From Blastocatellia bacterium (GTDB lineage Bacteria; Acidobacteriota; Blastocatellia; UBA7656): 64,000 nt of DNA. Location: positions 864,001 to 928,000 of the forward strand of contig CAVXWP010000001.1 in assembly GCA_963765495.1 (NCBI GenBank), read 5' to 3'. Both the position numbers and the translations under genes were made by a program. Positions within the stretch are counted from its first letter, which is position 1; each line of letters begins with the position of its first letter. Under the pieces are notes generated by a model. The model was not told the DNA's origin. It saw nothing but the letters and a program-made list of their open reading frames with translations, and did no database searches. Positions 1 through 9,240 of the stretch are shown piece after piece.

Positions 1-956
1 TTTCGGCGGCGATCACAGCGAAGCGGAATAATCTCAGGTATGTAGCCCTCGAACAGTCTAAGGTGCTGAGGACGATTCGAGCCTATCCGGCGGGCAAAGA
101 ACTTCACTTCAAGCCCGACACCCTGAGGGCAGATGCCGGGATGGATGTTCCGCCTTCGGGTGAGAAGCGGGAGAAGAGATTGAAAGAGGTAGTGCTCGAC
201 AACTGGCTGCGCGCCATCAAAGAAAACGATCTGGTGGTGAATGAAGACGAAACCTGCAAGGACATCAGGCGCGAAGGAAATATAATCTCTATCATCACGG
301 AAAGAGGCGAAGAGAAAGAGGAGGTGGTTTACAGGGCGCGCAGGGCTGTTCTGGCCATAGGCAATCGTGGAGCGCCGCGAAAGCTGAATGTTACGGGCGA
401 GGATTTGAAACTATATGTGATGCCCGATGATACGACCGCCGGGTTATGCCGGAAATGCGGTGCGCGAGGCCGCCCGGATGCGAGATTTTGCCCCGGTTGC
501 GGGGCCGGTATCAGACCGGGCACAAAAGCGGTCTATCTTGACAACAGAGTTAAGTACAAGCTCGCGGACCCGGAATATTACTTCAACAAGAAATGCATGG
601 TCGTTGGCGCGGGCAATTCGGCCATCGAAGCGGCTGTCGCCTTGAGCGGTTTTGAGCGAAAAGGTGAGCAGATTACTTTTAACGGGAGTAACGAAGTGAC
701 TCTCTTAATCAGAAGTGATTTCAAGATAGACCTGAAGTTTGGCAACAAGATGAACATCTTTGATTGCATCGATGCGGGCCGGGTGAGGGTGATCTACAGG
801 GCCGAGATTAAAGAGATCAAAGAGGGTGAAGTGGTCCTGAAAAGCACCGTGACCGGAGAAGAGATGCCGCCTCTGCCAAACGATTATGTCTTTGCATTGA
901 TAGGAAGCGAAAAGCCTACAAAGTTTTTGCATCAACTGGGGATAAAGATAATTTGA
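1..956 (+). CDS. NAD(P)/FAD-dependent oxidoreductase (thioredoxin-reductase-like), 5'-truncated by window edge, with zinc-ribbon insertion
   Basis: Frame open from position 3 (SAAITAKR...VALEQ, tail of FAD-binding GxGxxG helix); VLAIG, VVGAGNSAIEAA NADPH-binding motif, YVFALIG; CxxC-x10-CxxC insert at 447-500. Confidence 0.8.
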   Translation, partial: SAAITAKRNNLRYVALEQSKVLRTIRAYPAGKELHFKPDTLRADAGMDVPPSGEKREKRLKEVVLDNWLRAIKENDLVVNEDETCKDIRREGNIISIITERGEEKEEVVYRARRAVLAIGNRGAPRKLNVTGEDLKLYVMPDDTTAGLCRKCGARGRPDARFCPGCGAGIRPGTKAVYLDNRVKYKLADPEYYFNKKCMVVGAGNSAIEAAVALSGFERKGEQITFNGSNEVTLLIRSDFKIDLKFGNKMNIFDCIDAGRVRVIYRAEIKEIKEGEVVLKSTVTGEEMPPLPNDYVFALIGSEKPTKFLHQLGIKII

Positions 957-1117
957 GATGGCGGTAGCATTTGATGCGTGAGACAAACAGGTCTGAGTTT
1001 TCAAATCTCAGAGGAGTGCTATCCGCTGACTGATCAGTCAGCTTCTTTTCCATTATGCTGAGTATCTGAGCCCATATGTGTTCATCTGCGGTTGTTTCCC
1101 CTCTTTTCTCCAAGACA

Positions 1118-3073
1118 CTAATCTCCTCGTCGGGTCGCAACCCCGATGCGCCGCGCAAGATCGGCAAACCTCGGGTCCGGGCGCAGGCCATCGAAAATTG
1201 GGTCTGCTCCGATATATATGATCCTGTATGAACGCTCCTCGTATGCTTTTTCAAGCCATCTTAGCGTCTCATCTCTGTTGCCAAGCCCAATATGGATCAT
1301 CGCTATCTCGTAGGCCGGCGCAGCACCGCGCTTCGACTTTGTCTGCAACTCGTCGAGAACTCTCAAAGCTTCGTCTCTGTTGCCTGACATGGCATATGCG
1401 TATCCAAGCGATGCCTTGATCGGGGAACGATCTCCAATAAGGGCAACCGATTTCTCGAAGCTGGCGATGGCTTCTTCGTGCATCCCTTTTTGCACGTAGA
1501 CAAATCCGAGCGTGAAATGTGCCGCCGCGAAGTTTCGGTTCAAATCCAGTGTCTTTTGCAACTGCTCTATCGCCTGGTCGTACTGTCGGGCGAAGTAATG
1601 TATCCTTGCTTTGTCCCTGTTGATGATGAGTGAGAGAGGGTTGAGTTTTCTGGCCTGTTCCACCTCCCGCAACGCCTCTTCGATCCGTCCCGTCACCGCC
1701 AAGCAGTCGGCATACCACTGGCGCGCAGAGGCATAATTCGGATTGATCTCGATGGCGCGCTGGAACTCGTTTTCGGCGGCTGCCATGTCGTGATCGTAAG
1801 CCATCCTGACAAGCCCCAGCGAGGCATGGGCCTCAGCGAGATGGTCGTCGAGTTCCAGCGCGCGCATCGCTGCCGATCTCGCTTTGGGCATCACCGTACT
1901 TGCGGGCAGTCGAAGCCCTCCGCCAAGCACATAGCTGTCGGCAAGGCCCGCGTAAGCCAGCGCGTAAGTCGGGTCTTTGCCGAGCGCTTTTTCGAAATAC
2001 TCAATGCCTTTGCGCAGCCCTTCCTGACTTCTCTTATTCCAGAAGTAACGGCCTTTGAGATAGAGTTCATAAGCCTCGGTGTTGTGGGTGTAGCGTTTGG
2101 TCAGAAGCCCTCTTTCTTCGCCGCTCAATTCCAGTGTCAGCGCCCGCGTCACCTGTTCGCTTATCGAATCCTGCACGGCGAATATGTCCGTAAACTGCTC
2201 GTCGAACTTCTCCGCCCATAGCGTTTTGCCGTCGGGAACGCTTATGAGTTGAACGGTCACTCGAATTCGGGCGCCCAATCTTTGGACGCGACCGTCAAGC
2301 AGCGAGTCCACGCCAAGCTCGCGACCGACCTCAAGCAGATTCTGTCGGGGATCGTCATACCCACTGACGGCGCTCGTGGGGCAGATAGACATCTCCTTTA
2401 TGCGGCTCAGACCCGTTATGAGCGCGTCGGCCATACCCAGACCCAGAGACTCATCGCTTCCGTCATCGCTCATAGGTTTGAAAGGCAGCACGGCCAGCGA
2501 TCTCGGCTTCGCGGCAGGCGCGCGCTCGTTGGATTTGTCCGCGAAGAAACGATACGAGGCCCCGGCAACAAGCAATATCAGAAGGATGCCTGCGGCGGCA
2601 GCGATTCGGCGCGGCGTCAAGATAGCTTCTGGCGTAGTCGCTCTACTCGCTAATTGCGAAGTCTGTGCGGAGCGGTCTTCTTCCTCCTCGGTGATAATAC
2701 GCGACCTCGTGAAGCTCGCTACTATTAACCCGTCATCATTATCTGTCGAAATGCTAACCGGAGCCACAAAGCGATAGCCTCGCTTCGGCACAGTCTCTAT
2801 ATACCTGCTCTGGCCGGGCGTCTCGCCAAGAGCCTTTCTCAAAGTGGAAATGTTGCGGTTGAGATTGCCTTCTTCAACGACAGTATCGCGCCAGACCAGG
2901 CGCATCATTTCGTCCTTTTCAACTACCCGGCCCCGGTTTTCGACAAGCGCCAGAAGTATATCGAACACCTTTGGAGTCAGCGGCACCGTCTCTCCACCGC
3001 GCAGCAGAACCCGTTCGGTAGCATCTAACCAGTATTCATGGAATATGTATAAATGCTTTATTTGCTTGTTCAT
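1118..3073 (-). CDS. Transmembrane transcriptional regulator: OmpR/PhoB (CadC/ToxR-like) winged helix + TM + TolB-like domain + TPR repeats
   Basis: LTPKVFDILLALVENRGRVVEKDEMMRLVW...YIETVPKRGYRF wHTH; TM AAAAGILLILLVAGA; SLAVLPF TolB-N/adenylate-cyclase-associated motif; many TPRs. Confidence 0.9.
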   Translation of the reverse strand: MNKQIKHLYIFHEYWLDATERVLLRGGETVPLTPKVFDILLALVENRGRVVEKDEMMRLVWRDTVVEEGNLNRNISTLRKALGETPGQSRYIETVPKRGYRFVAPVSISTDNDDGLIVASFTRSRIITEEEEDRSAQTSQLASRATTPEAILTPRRIAAAAGILLILLVAGASYRFFADKSNERAPAAKPRSLAVLPFKPMSDDGSDESLGLGMADALITGLSRIKEMSICPTSAVSGYDDPRQNLLEVGRELGVDSLLDGRVQRLGARIRVTVQLISVPDGKTLWAEKFDEQFTDIFAVQDSISEQVTRALTLELSGEERGLLTKRYTHNTEAYELYLKGRYFWNKRSQEGLRKGIEYFEKALGKDPTYALAYAGLADSYVLGGGLRLPASTVMPKARSAAMRALELDDHLAEAHASLGLVRMAYDHDMAAAENEFQRAIEINPNYASARQWYADCLAVTGRIEEALREVEQARKLNPLSLIINRDKARIHYFARQYDQAIEQLQKTLDLNRNFAAAHFTLGFVYVQKGMHEEAIASFEKSVALIGDRSPIKASLGYAYAMSGNRDEALRVLDELQTKSKRGAAPAYEIAMIHIGLGNRDETLRWLEKAYEERSYRIIYIGADPIFDGLRPDPRFADLARRIGVATRRGD

Positions 3074-3080
3074 AATGGCC

Positions 3081-3124
3081 TTCGGAACTTTTTCGGGGAA
3101 ATTTCGGAAGTATTTCCAGAGTTC
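3081..3124. promoter_or_regulatory. Four 11-bp-periodic direct repeats, candidate wHTH operator
   Basis: ttcggaacttt / ttcggggaaat / ttcggaagtat / ttccagagttc at 3081, 3092, 3103, 3114, immediately upstream of the wHTH gene start. Confidence 0.6.
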
Positions 3125-3307
3125 TGCAAAGACTTAAGGCCGCATTCGAGTTATTGTCTGCCGAGTGATCAGAATTCGACGGAAGCCGATCTATCGTACC
3201 TATTGTAATAAAAGGGGACAGTGAAGGCAACGCCTGTCGGTAGTCGATGTTCAGTCGTCAGAAAGCAATCATCTCGGGGCGATTTGCTTTCTACACTTGG
3301 AGTCGGT

Positions 3308-3562
3308 GTGAAGAAAAAGCGCAAAACAGAGATCACTATAGAAACAGCGCGAGTCCTGGTAATAAAAAAATCAGGGAAATCCGTTTCGGCCTGGTGCCCG
3401 CAATGCTTGCAGCGTGTCGCAATGATCACGCCCGAACAGGCTATGGTAGTTGCGGGCGTCAACTGGCGCACGATATACCGCTGGGCTGAGGCCGGTAGTA
3501 TACACTCTACCGAAACCCCCGAAGGCTTTCTGCTCATCTGCCTCGATTCGCTCTCCCCATAA
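3308..3562 (+). CDS. Small HTH protein (excisionase/MerR-like) with CxxC motif
   Basis: GTG at 3308 after ggag; WCPQC then ITPEQAMVVAGVNWRTIYRWAEAGSIH HTH pattern; C-terminal LICLDSL. Confidence 0.7.
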   Translation: MKKKRKTEITIETARVLVIKKSGKSVSAWCPQCLQRVAMITPEQAMVVAGVNWRTIYRWAEAGSIHSTETPEGFLLICLDSLSP

Positions 3563-3611
3563 TTTAAGAGGTTCGCATAATTTAAGAGGTTCGCATAATT
3601 TAAGAGGTTCG
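3558..3611 (+). repeat. Perfect 18-bp tandem repeat x3 (cataatttaagaggttcg)
   Basis: Units at 3558, 3576, 3594; first contains the HTH stop codon, last supplies aagagg RBS before ATG 3613. Confidence 0.95.
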
Positions 3612-3612
3612 A

Positions 3613-6600
3613 ATGAAAAGCAGATTTTCACTTCCAACAATCATTCGATTACCATTGATGATCAAGCGTCGAATTTGCCGGGCTCGATTCCAATTTATCC
3701 TCGCCTTCCGGCCCTGCTCGACCGGGGCCGCCTTCGCGTTGATTGCAGTTCTGCTTATAGGAGCGGCAACCGCGATAGCCGATTTGAAAAGCGCCGAACA
3801 GGCTCAAAGCGCTTCGCCCGATCTCAATCACTCCTATCTCGGCAAACTTGAGCCGGGTACAAGCATCAAGCGTGAGATCGCAGGTGGTAAGACACACTCA
3901 TATCGCGTCACGCTCGCATCAGATCAGTTTTTACGAGCCGTCATCCATCAACGTGATATTGATGTCAGTGTCAGACTGATCGGGCCGGATGGGATTCAGA
4001 TCACAGAGGCGAGAAACATCCTTGACACGGCGCGACCGGAGCGGATTTCTTTCGTGGCGGATAAATACGGCGATTACAGCCTGGAGGTGGTCGCAATAGG
4101 TAATGAAGAGGATGTGGGCAATTATGAAATGCGCGTCGAAGAGTTGCGAATCGCCACACCAGAAGACCGTAGTCTCACCGCCGCCGAGAAACTCTATCGG
4201 GAAGCAGAGCGGCTGCATGCGCAACCGAATCCGCGGTCGCGGCGCGAAGCCATAAAGAAATACGAACAGGCGCTACCGCTATGGCAGCAAGCCCGTGATC
4301 TGCGTGGGGAGGCCGACACGCTTCAGTATCTTTCGAACGCTTACTACTTGCTTGGTGAATCGGAAAAGGCGGTTGAATACCTCACCCGGGCACGTCCGCT
4401 CTATCGAGCCGCCGGGGACAGCCACGGAGAATCGCTGACCCTACAGGGGCTTGGTTTGATGAATCACCTGTCGGGTAACCTGCACAGGGCGCTCGAATAC
4501 TATAAGCAGGGGCTGGAGCTGCATAGAGAGCTCAGGGACAGATGGGAAGAAGCCGGGACGCTCAACAACATAGGCGGAGTTTATTCCTATATGGGAGAGC
4601 ACCAGAAGGCGCTCGAATACTATAAACTCTCGCTTCCCTTGCACCGGGATTTAAAGGATCAAAGGGGCGAGGCCGTCACGCTCAACAACATCGGCGAGGT
4701 TTATCGCATCCTGGGCGATAACCAGAGGGCGCTCTCATATTACGAGAAATCCTTGCCGCTCCGGCGGCGAGTGAAAGACCTTCGCGGGGAAGCTGTCACG
4801 CTCAATAATATAGGTCTGGTATACATGGCGATGGGCGAGTATCGCAAAGCCCTTGAGCGAATGGATGAATCATTGAAGCTTAAGCGCGAGGTGGGATACC
4901 GCTTCGGAGAAGCCTCCACGCTCAATGGTATTGGGGCCATCTATCATAAGCTGAACGACTACGAAAAGGCGCTTGAGATTCTCAACCAGGCGCTCGAATT
5001 GAGGCGGGCCGTGGGAGATCGCAGGGGAGAAGCCAATACTCTCTACACCCTCGGCTCGGTCTATTTCTCGATGGGCAAACCGGCCAGGGCAATGGAGTAT
5101 TTCAACCGGGCGCTGCCGTTGAGCAGGTCCGTCTGGGACCGCATCCTGGAGATGGCGATTCTTTACAGCATTGCCGACATCGAGCGCGAGCGGGACAACC
5201 TCCTTGAGGCCCGCTCGCGGGCCGATGAGGCGCTGGCAATCATCGAGTCATTGCGTTCGAATGTGGCGGGCCAGGAATTGCGCGAGTCCTTCTTTGCGTC
5301 AAAACAGAATCATTATGAGCTATACGTTGACGTGCTGATGCAACTTCACCATCAGAGCGGGTCCGACCGATATGACGTGAAAGCCTTCGAGGCAAGCGAA
5401 CGCGCCCGTGCTCGTTCTTTGCTGGATACGTTGAGCGAAGTTTGCGCCGGCATCCGTCAGGGGGTTGACCCTGCGCTATTTGAACGCGAGCGGAGATTAC
5501 AGCAACAACTAAATGGCAAAGAGGCGCTTCGAATGCAATTGCTCAGGCGCAAGAACGCCGAAAAGAAGATCGAGGCGATGGAGCGCGCGATCAACGACCT
5601 GCTCAATCAATATAGAGAAATCCGAACGCGAATACGAATAGAGAGCCCGCGCTACGCGGCGCTTTCCGACCCGCAGCCGCTCAACCTCGAAGAAGTCCAG
5701 CGTCTCGTTCTCGATGATGAAAGCCTCCTGCTTGAATACTGGCTTGGAGAGAAAAGGAGCTATCTGTGGGCTGTTACTACCTCTTCGATTACAGGCTACA
5801 CTCTGCCTGCGCGCGCTGAAATAGAATCTGCGACGCGGCGCGTTTACGAATTGCTTACGGCCCGCAACGAGCGCCCGAAGGGTGAAACCCCCAGACAGAG
5901 ACAATCGCGCGTAGCGAGAGCGGATGGTGAGTACATGGCAGCAGCCCGCCGCTTGAGCCGTATGCTGCTTGGGCCGGTTGCTGCTCGGCTCGGCAACAGA
6001 CGGCTGCTGATCGTAGGCGACGGCGCATTGCATTACTTACCTTTCGGGGCACTGCCTTTGCCACAGGTTCGGGAGGCGGCTGCCGTTGATAAACTTAAAG
6101 GCGGCAGAAAAGATGCGACCGGTTTATATAAGCCGCTGGTAATTGAACACGAAATAGTGACCCTCCCATCGGCTTCGGTGCTGGCAGTTCTCAGACGAGA
6201 AATAAACGGACGCAAGCCTGCTCCAAAGCTTGTGGCCGTGCTGGCCGATCCGGTATTCAGGAGCAACGATCCTCGCATAAATATCAAACCAGTAGAATCG
6301 GTGGACGATCCAATCAAGCGGAGCCGGACCACTACAGGATTGCAGGTTTCAAATTCGGAATCTGTTCGTCCGATCAACGAATCGGAGAAAAACAGCTTCA
6401 GACGGCTCCGCTTCAGCCGCCAGGAAGCCAATGCAATTATAGCCCTCGTCCCGGCAGAAAAGAGCCTCAAAGCGATTGACTTCGCCGCCAGTCACGCGAT
6501 GGCCATGGGAACTCAACTGGAAAAGTATCGCATTCTCCACTTCGCCACACACGGATTGCTCGATAGTCGTCACCCGGAGCTATCAGGGATCGTGCTCTCG

Positions 6601-6975
6601 CTCGTAGATGAACAGGGCCGTCCGCAGGATGGTTTCTTGAGATTACATGAAATCTACAACCTCAAGCTCAATGCCGACCTCGTTGTGTTGAGCGCGTGTC
6701 AGACGGCTCTGGGCAAAGAGATAAAAGGAGAGGGCCTTGTCGGGCTTACCCGAGGTTTCATGTACGCGGGAGCGCCTCGGGTGGTGGCGAGTCTCTGGAG
6801 CGTAGAAGACCGAGCTACGGCAGAACTGATGAAGCGATTTTATGAGGCGATGTTGAGCAAGGGCATGACGGGGGGGGCGGCGCTCAGGGCGGCGCAGGTG
6901 GAGTTGTGGAAAGAACGCCGGTGGCAATCGCCTTATTACTGGGCCGGATTCGTGCTTCAGGGAGAATGGAAATAA
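3613..6975 (+). CDS. Exported TPR-CHAT domain protein (caspase-like clan CD peptidase) with N-terminal PPC-like domain
   Basis: Hydrophobic N-terminal segment AAFALIAVLLIGAATAIA; PPC-like GKTHSYRV...LIGPDG; ~40-aa TPRs (GEAxTLNNIG); CHAT dyad LHFATHG and VVLSACQT; C-terminal SPYYWAGFVLQGEW. Confidence 0.93.
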   Translation: MKSRFSLPTIIRLPLMIKRRICRARFQFILAFRPCSTGAAFALIAVLLIGAATAIADLKSAEQAQSASPDLNHSYLGKLEPGTSIKREIAGGKTHSYRVTLASDQFLRAVIHQRDIDVSVRLIGPDGIQITEARNILDTARPERISFVADKYGDYSLEVVAIGNEEDVGNYEMRVEELRIATPEDRSLTAAEKLYREAERLHAQPNPRSRREAIKKYEQALPLWQQARDLRGEADTLQYLSNAYYLLGESEKAVEYLTRARPLYRAAGDSHGESLTLQGLGLMNHLSGNLHRALEYYKQGLELHRELRDRWEEAGTLNNIGGVYSYMGEHQKALEYYKLSLPLHRDLKDQRGEAVTLNNIGEVYRILGDNQRALSYYEKSLPLRRRVKDLRGEAVTLNNIGLVYMAMGEYRKALERMDESLKLKREVGYRFGEASTLNGIGAIYHKLNDYEKALEILNQALELRRAVGDRRGEANTLYTLGSVYFSMGKPARAMEYFNRALPLSRSVWDRILEMAILYSIADIERERDNLLEARSRADEALAIIESLRSNVAGQELRESFFASKQNHYELYVDVLMQLHHQSGSDRYDVKAFEASERARARSLLDTLSEVCAGIRQGVDPALFERERRLQQQLNGKEALRMQLLRRKNAEKKIEAMERAINDLLNQYREIRTRIRIESPRYAALSDPQPLNLEEVQRLVLDDESLLLEYWLGEKRSYLWAVTTSSITGYTLPARAEIESATRRVYELLTARNERPKGETPRQRQSRVARADGEYMAAARRLSRMLLGPVAARLGNRRLLIVGDGALHYLPFGALPLPQVREAAAVDKLKGGRKDATGLYKPLVIEHEIVTLPSASVLAVLRREINGRKPAPKLVAVLADPVFRSNDPRINIKPVESVDDPIKRSRTTTGLQVSNSESVRPINESEKNSFRRLRFSRQEANAIIALVPAEKSLKAIDFAASHAMAMGTQLEKYRILHFATHGLLDSRHPELSGIVLSLVDEQGRPQDGFLRLHEIYNLKLNADLVVLSACQTALGKEIKGEGLVGLTRGFMYAGAPRVVASLWSVEDRATAELMKRFYEAMLSKGMTGGAALRAAQVELWKERRWQSPYYWAGFVLQGEWK

Positions 6976-7042
6976 AGATCGGCGCGCGGTGGCCGATGGT
7001 TAAGCATATCGTAGAGTTAAATTGATCTCTTGCCGATTCCGT

Positions 7043-7072
7043 ATTTGAGATCTCAGATCTCAAATCTCAGAT
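7043..7072. repeat. Heptamer short tandem repeat (atctca(a/g)/tttgaga)
   Basis: atttgagatctcagatctcaaatctcagat; same family at 14591, 17255, 55424. Confidence 0.7.
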
Positions 7073-7124
7073 GAGCGAAAGTGAAATATATCAATCTCTG
7101 ACCACCGACCGCCGATCACTGCTT

Positions 7125-7150
7125 TGAAATGTTTTCGCAAATTTTGACAG
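7125..7150 (+). promoter_or_regulatory. Candidate ECF promoter P1 (TGAAAT-N15-GACAG) upstream of the sigma gene
   Basis: tgaaat gttttcgcaaatttt gacag; one of four same-spacing copies. Confidence 0.7.
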
Positions 7151-7219
7151 CTACGGGTGAGGCGGTACGGGAAGACTGCGCGCGGCCAGGGCGCGTTGTG
7201 TTAATGGAGTATTGGAGAC

Positions 7220-7804
7220 GTGAGTAAGGCTGTGCTGCAAGAAAAAAAATGGGTCTTAACGCAACGCGCGTTCGACAAGTTTCTCGCCTGCCTAGACTCG
7301 GATCGGGAGCGAGCGGGACGGCAGTACGAGATGATCCGCTCTAAACTCATAAGCTTTTTCGAATGGCGCAACTCGCCGTTTCCCGAAGATCACGCCGATG
7401 AAGCAATCAACAGAGTCGTCAGAAAGATTGATGAAGGAGTTCAATTGCGCGATCCTTCCACTTACGTCTTTGGCATCGCCCGTATGCTACTTCTTGAGAT
7501 CGCAAAAGAGCAGCACAAGAAATGGGCAGCAACCGATCATCTGGCCAGGTCTGTCCCTCCTCTTGAACTTGCGGATGGATCCGAATCGAAAGTTGAGTGC
7601 TTGAGACGTTGCCTCGCGGAGTTGCCCACAGAGAGCCGCGAGTTGATCACACAGTATTATCAGGGAGAGAGACGGGAGAAGATAATAAACAGAAGACGTT
7701 TGACCGAAAGACTTGCAATACCCATCAATGCGTTGAGGATCAAGGCTTGCAGGATAAGGGAAAAGCTCGCAGGTTGCCTCGATCATTGTATGGAAAAGCG
7801 TTGA
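7220..7804 (+). CDS. ECF-type sigma-70 factor
   Basis: 194 aa; region-2-like PEDHADEAINRV...YVFGIARMLL; region-4-like CLRRCLAELPTESRELITQYY...LAIPINALRIKACRIREKL. Confidence 0.85.
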   Translation: MSKAVLQEKKWVLTQRAFDKFLACLDSDRERAGRQYEMIRSKLISFFEWRNSPFPEDHADEAINRVVRKIDEGVQLRDPSTYVFGIARMLLLEIAKEQHKKWAATDHLARSVPPLELADGSESKVECLRRCLAELPTESRELITQYYQGERREKIINRRRLTERLAIPINALRIKACRIREKLAGCLDHCMEKR

Positions 7805-7832
7805 GCAGGGTAAGGGACGAAAGGCCGAAGAG

Positions 7833-7858
7833 TGAAACGGATTTGAGATTCCTGTCAG
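7833..7858 (+). promoter_or_regulatory. Candidate ECF promoter P2 (TGAAAC-N15-GTCAG) upstream of the anti-sigma gene
   Basis: tgaaac ggatttgagattcct gtcagta in the 80-bp gap. Confidence 0.65.
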
Positions 7859-7884
7859 TACCGGATAGGCGAGGGTTGAGCGAA

Positions 7885-8916
7885 ATGGACCGACAAACGG
7901 ATGAAAAACTGATAGCCCGATTTCTGCTGGGAAATTTGGCAGAGCAGGATCGCGTTGCTCTCGAAGAGCGATTCTTTGCCGATGACGATTTCTACTCGCA
8001 AATGCTCGCTATCCAGGAAGAGTTAGCCGACGATTATGTGTGCGGCGATCTTTCTGAAAGCGAGCGCGAGCAGTTTGAGCGGCGTTTCTTAACATCTCCT
8101 TACAGGCGAAGGAGAGTAGAATTCGCTGCGACCCTGGCAAAGGCGCTCCCAGAAATGCGTGATGAACAGGCGAAATCTGCTACGAGCGCGTGGGACGTTT
8201 CCTGGTGGCGCGCCCCGCTTGGATTCCTGCGAACGCAAAGCCCGGCTTTCACTCTGGCCATTTATGCGGCGATATTCTTGTTGTTGTTCGGGATTACGTG
8301 GCTTGAGATTGAGAACCGGCGGTTGGACGCGCAGCTTGAACGAGCGCGTGACGAGCAAGGCCGGTTTTCAAAGCAGGCTCAGGCGGATCGTGAAGAGTTC
8401 GAGCGAGAAGAGAAAAAGCGCCGTCAGCAGATGATTGAGCTGCAATCTCAAAGAGACGAAAAGGATGCGAAGCTTCGAGACGAACGGCGCAGGGTTGAGG
8501 AGATTGAGCGAAGAGCGGCAAGTGAACATCGTCGAAATGAGCTCCGTCCGTCGGACAACCTCGTCTCGTTCGCGCTTCTTCCAGGACTTGTAAGGGGAAG
8601 CGGCAATGAACCCGCAGATGAGCCTGAGAAGATCGTTATTCCACCAAAGACAAACTCTATCAGGCTGCAACTCGAACTCGATAAGGAAGAGAATTATCGG
8701 AGTTATCGCACCGAACTGCGAACAGCGGGCGGCAATCTTGTATGGAGCCAGACTCTACTGGCTCCTAAACAGAGCGGCGGCTCGCAGGTTGTGCCTGTAA
8801 CTCTTCCGGCCAGTATTCTCTCTCAGGGCGAATATGAAGTGACGCTTGCGGGAGTAAACCGGGATGGCGCCCGCGAAGTCATAAGCTATTATTACTTTAT
8901 CGCGCTGAAGAGGTAG
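7885..8916 (+). CDS. Putative membrane anti-sigma factor (degenerate ASD N-terminus, TM, coiled coil, C-terminal beta-sandwich)
   Basis: ATG 7885 after gaggg; LIARFLLGNLAEQDRVALEERFF...DYVCGDLSESEREQFERRF anti-sigma-like N-terminus; TM FTLAIYAAIFLLLFGITWL; directly downstream of the ECF gene. Confidence 0.75.
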   Translation: MDRQTDEKLIARFLLGNLAEQDRVALEERFFADDDFYSQMLAIQEELADDYVCGDLSESEREQFERRFLTSPYRRRRVEFAATLAKALPEMRDEQAKSATSAWDVSWWRAPLGFLRTQSPAFTLAIYAAIFLLLFGITWLEIENRRLDAQLERARDEQGRFSKQAQADREEFEREEKKRRQQMIELQSQRDEKDAKLRDERRRVEEIERRAASEHRRNELRPSDNLVSFALLPGLVRGSGNEPADEPEKIVIPPKTNSIRLQLELDKEENYRSYRTELRTAGGNLVWSQTLLAPKQSGGSQVVPVTLPASILSQGEYEVTLAGVNRDGAREVISYYYFIALKR

Positions 8917-8921
8917 TTTTC

Positions 8922-8998
8922 CAACGAAAAAGAGAGAGGGCGCAAAGAGATGACGCAGATGATTCGTCATCCTTTTGCGCCCTCTCTCTTTTTCGTTG
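8922..8998. terminator. 34-bp inverted repeat, likely intrinsic terminator
   Basis: caacgaaaaagagagagggcgcaaagagatgacg / cgtcatccttttgcgccctctctctttttcgttg, 2 imperfect positions, 9-nt loop, right after the anti-sigma stop. Confidence 0.8.
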
Positions 8999-9060
8999 AA
9001 CCCTGCGCCTGTCCGCAGAAGCCCGCCTTTGACCGCAGCCGGAAATCGAGAAAGTTATTG

Positions 9061-9086
9061 TGAAATGTTTTTATGATCATCGCCAG
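9061..9086 (+). promoter_or_regulatory. Candidate ECF promoter P3 (TGAAAT-N15-GCCAG)
   Basis: tgaaat gtttttatgatcatc gccagta, upstream of the 9241 unit. Confidence 0.7.
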
Positions 9087-9240
9087 TAGAGGTGAAAGAA
9101 GGATTTGAAGCAGGTTGGCTTAGATAAGAGTCCCGCTCGAAGCCGGGCTTCTTATCCAGGTCGGGGGATAGAGTTATTGACTCCTTGCCTGATCAAGCCA
9201 AAACGAGGCGCAAAATGATTTCAGATTAAGGGGAAAAATC

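Noticed and set aside
3558-3611. 18-bp triple repeat as a CRISPR array
   Set aside because: No spacers, units too short, no cas genes in the window
7597-7884. N-terminal extension of the 439-aa ORF
   Set aside because: Overlaps the sigma gene and spans promoter P2; ATG 7885 has an RBS and begins the recognisable domain
3613-8916. CHAT + sigma as a type III-E CRISPR Craspase locus
   Set aside because: No Cas7-11, Cas1 or array; the CHAT has an export signal and the partner is a membrane protein; only an analogy is claimed
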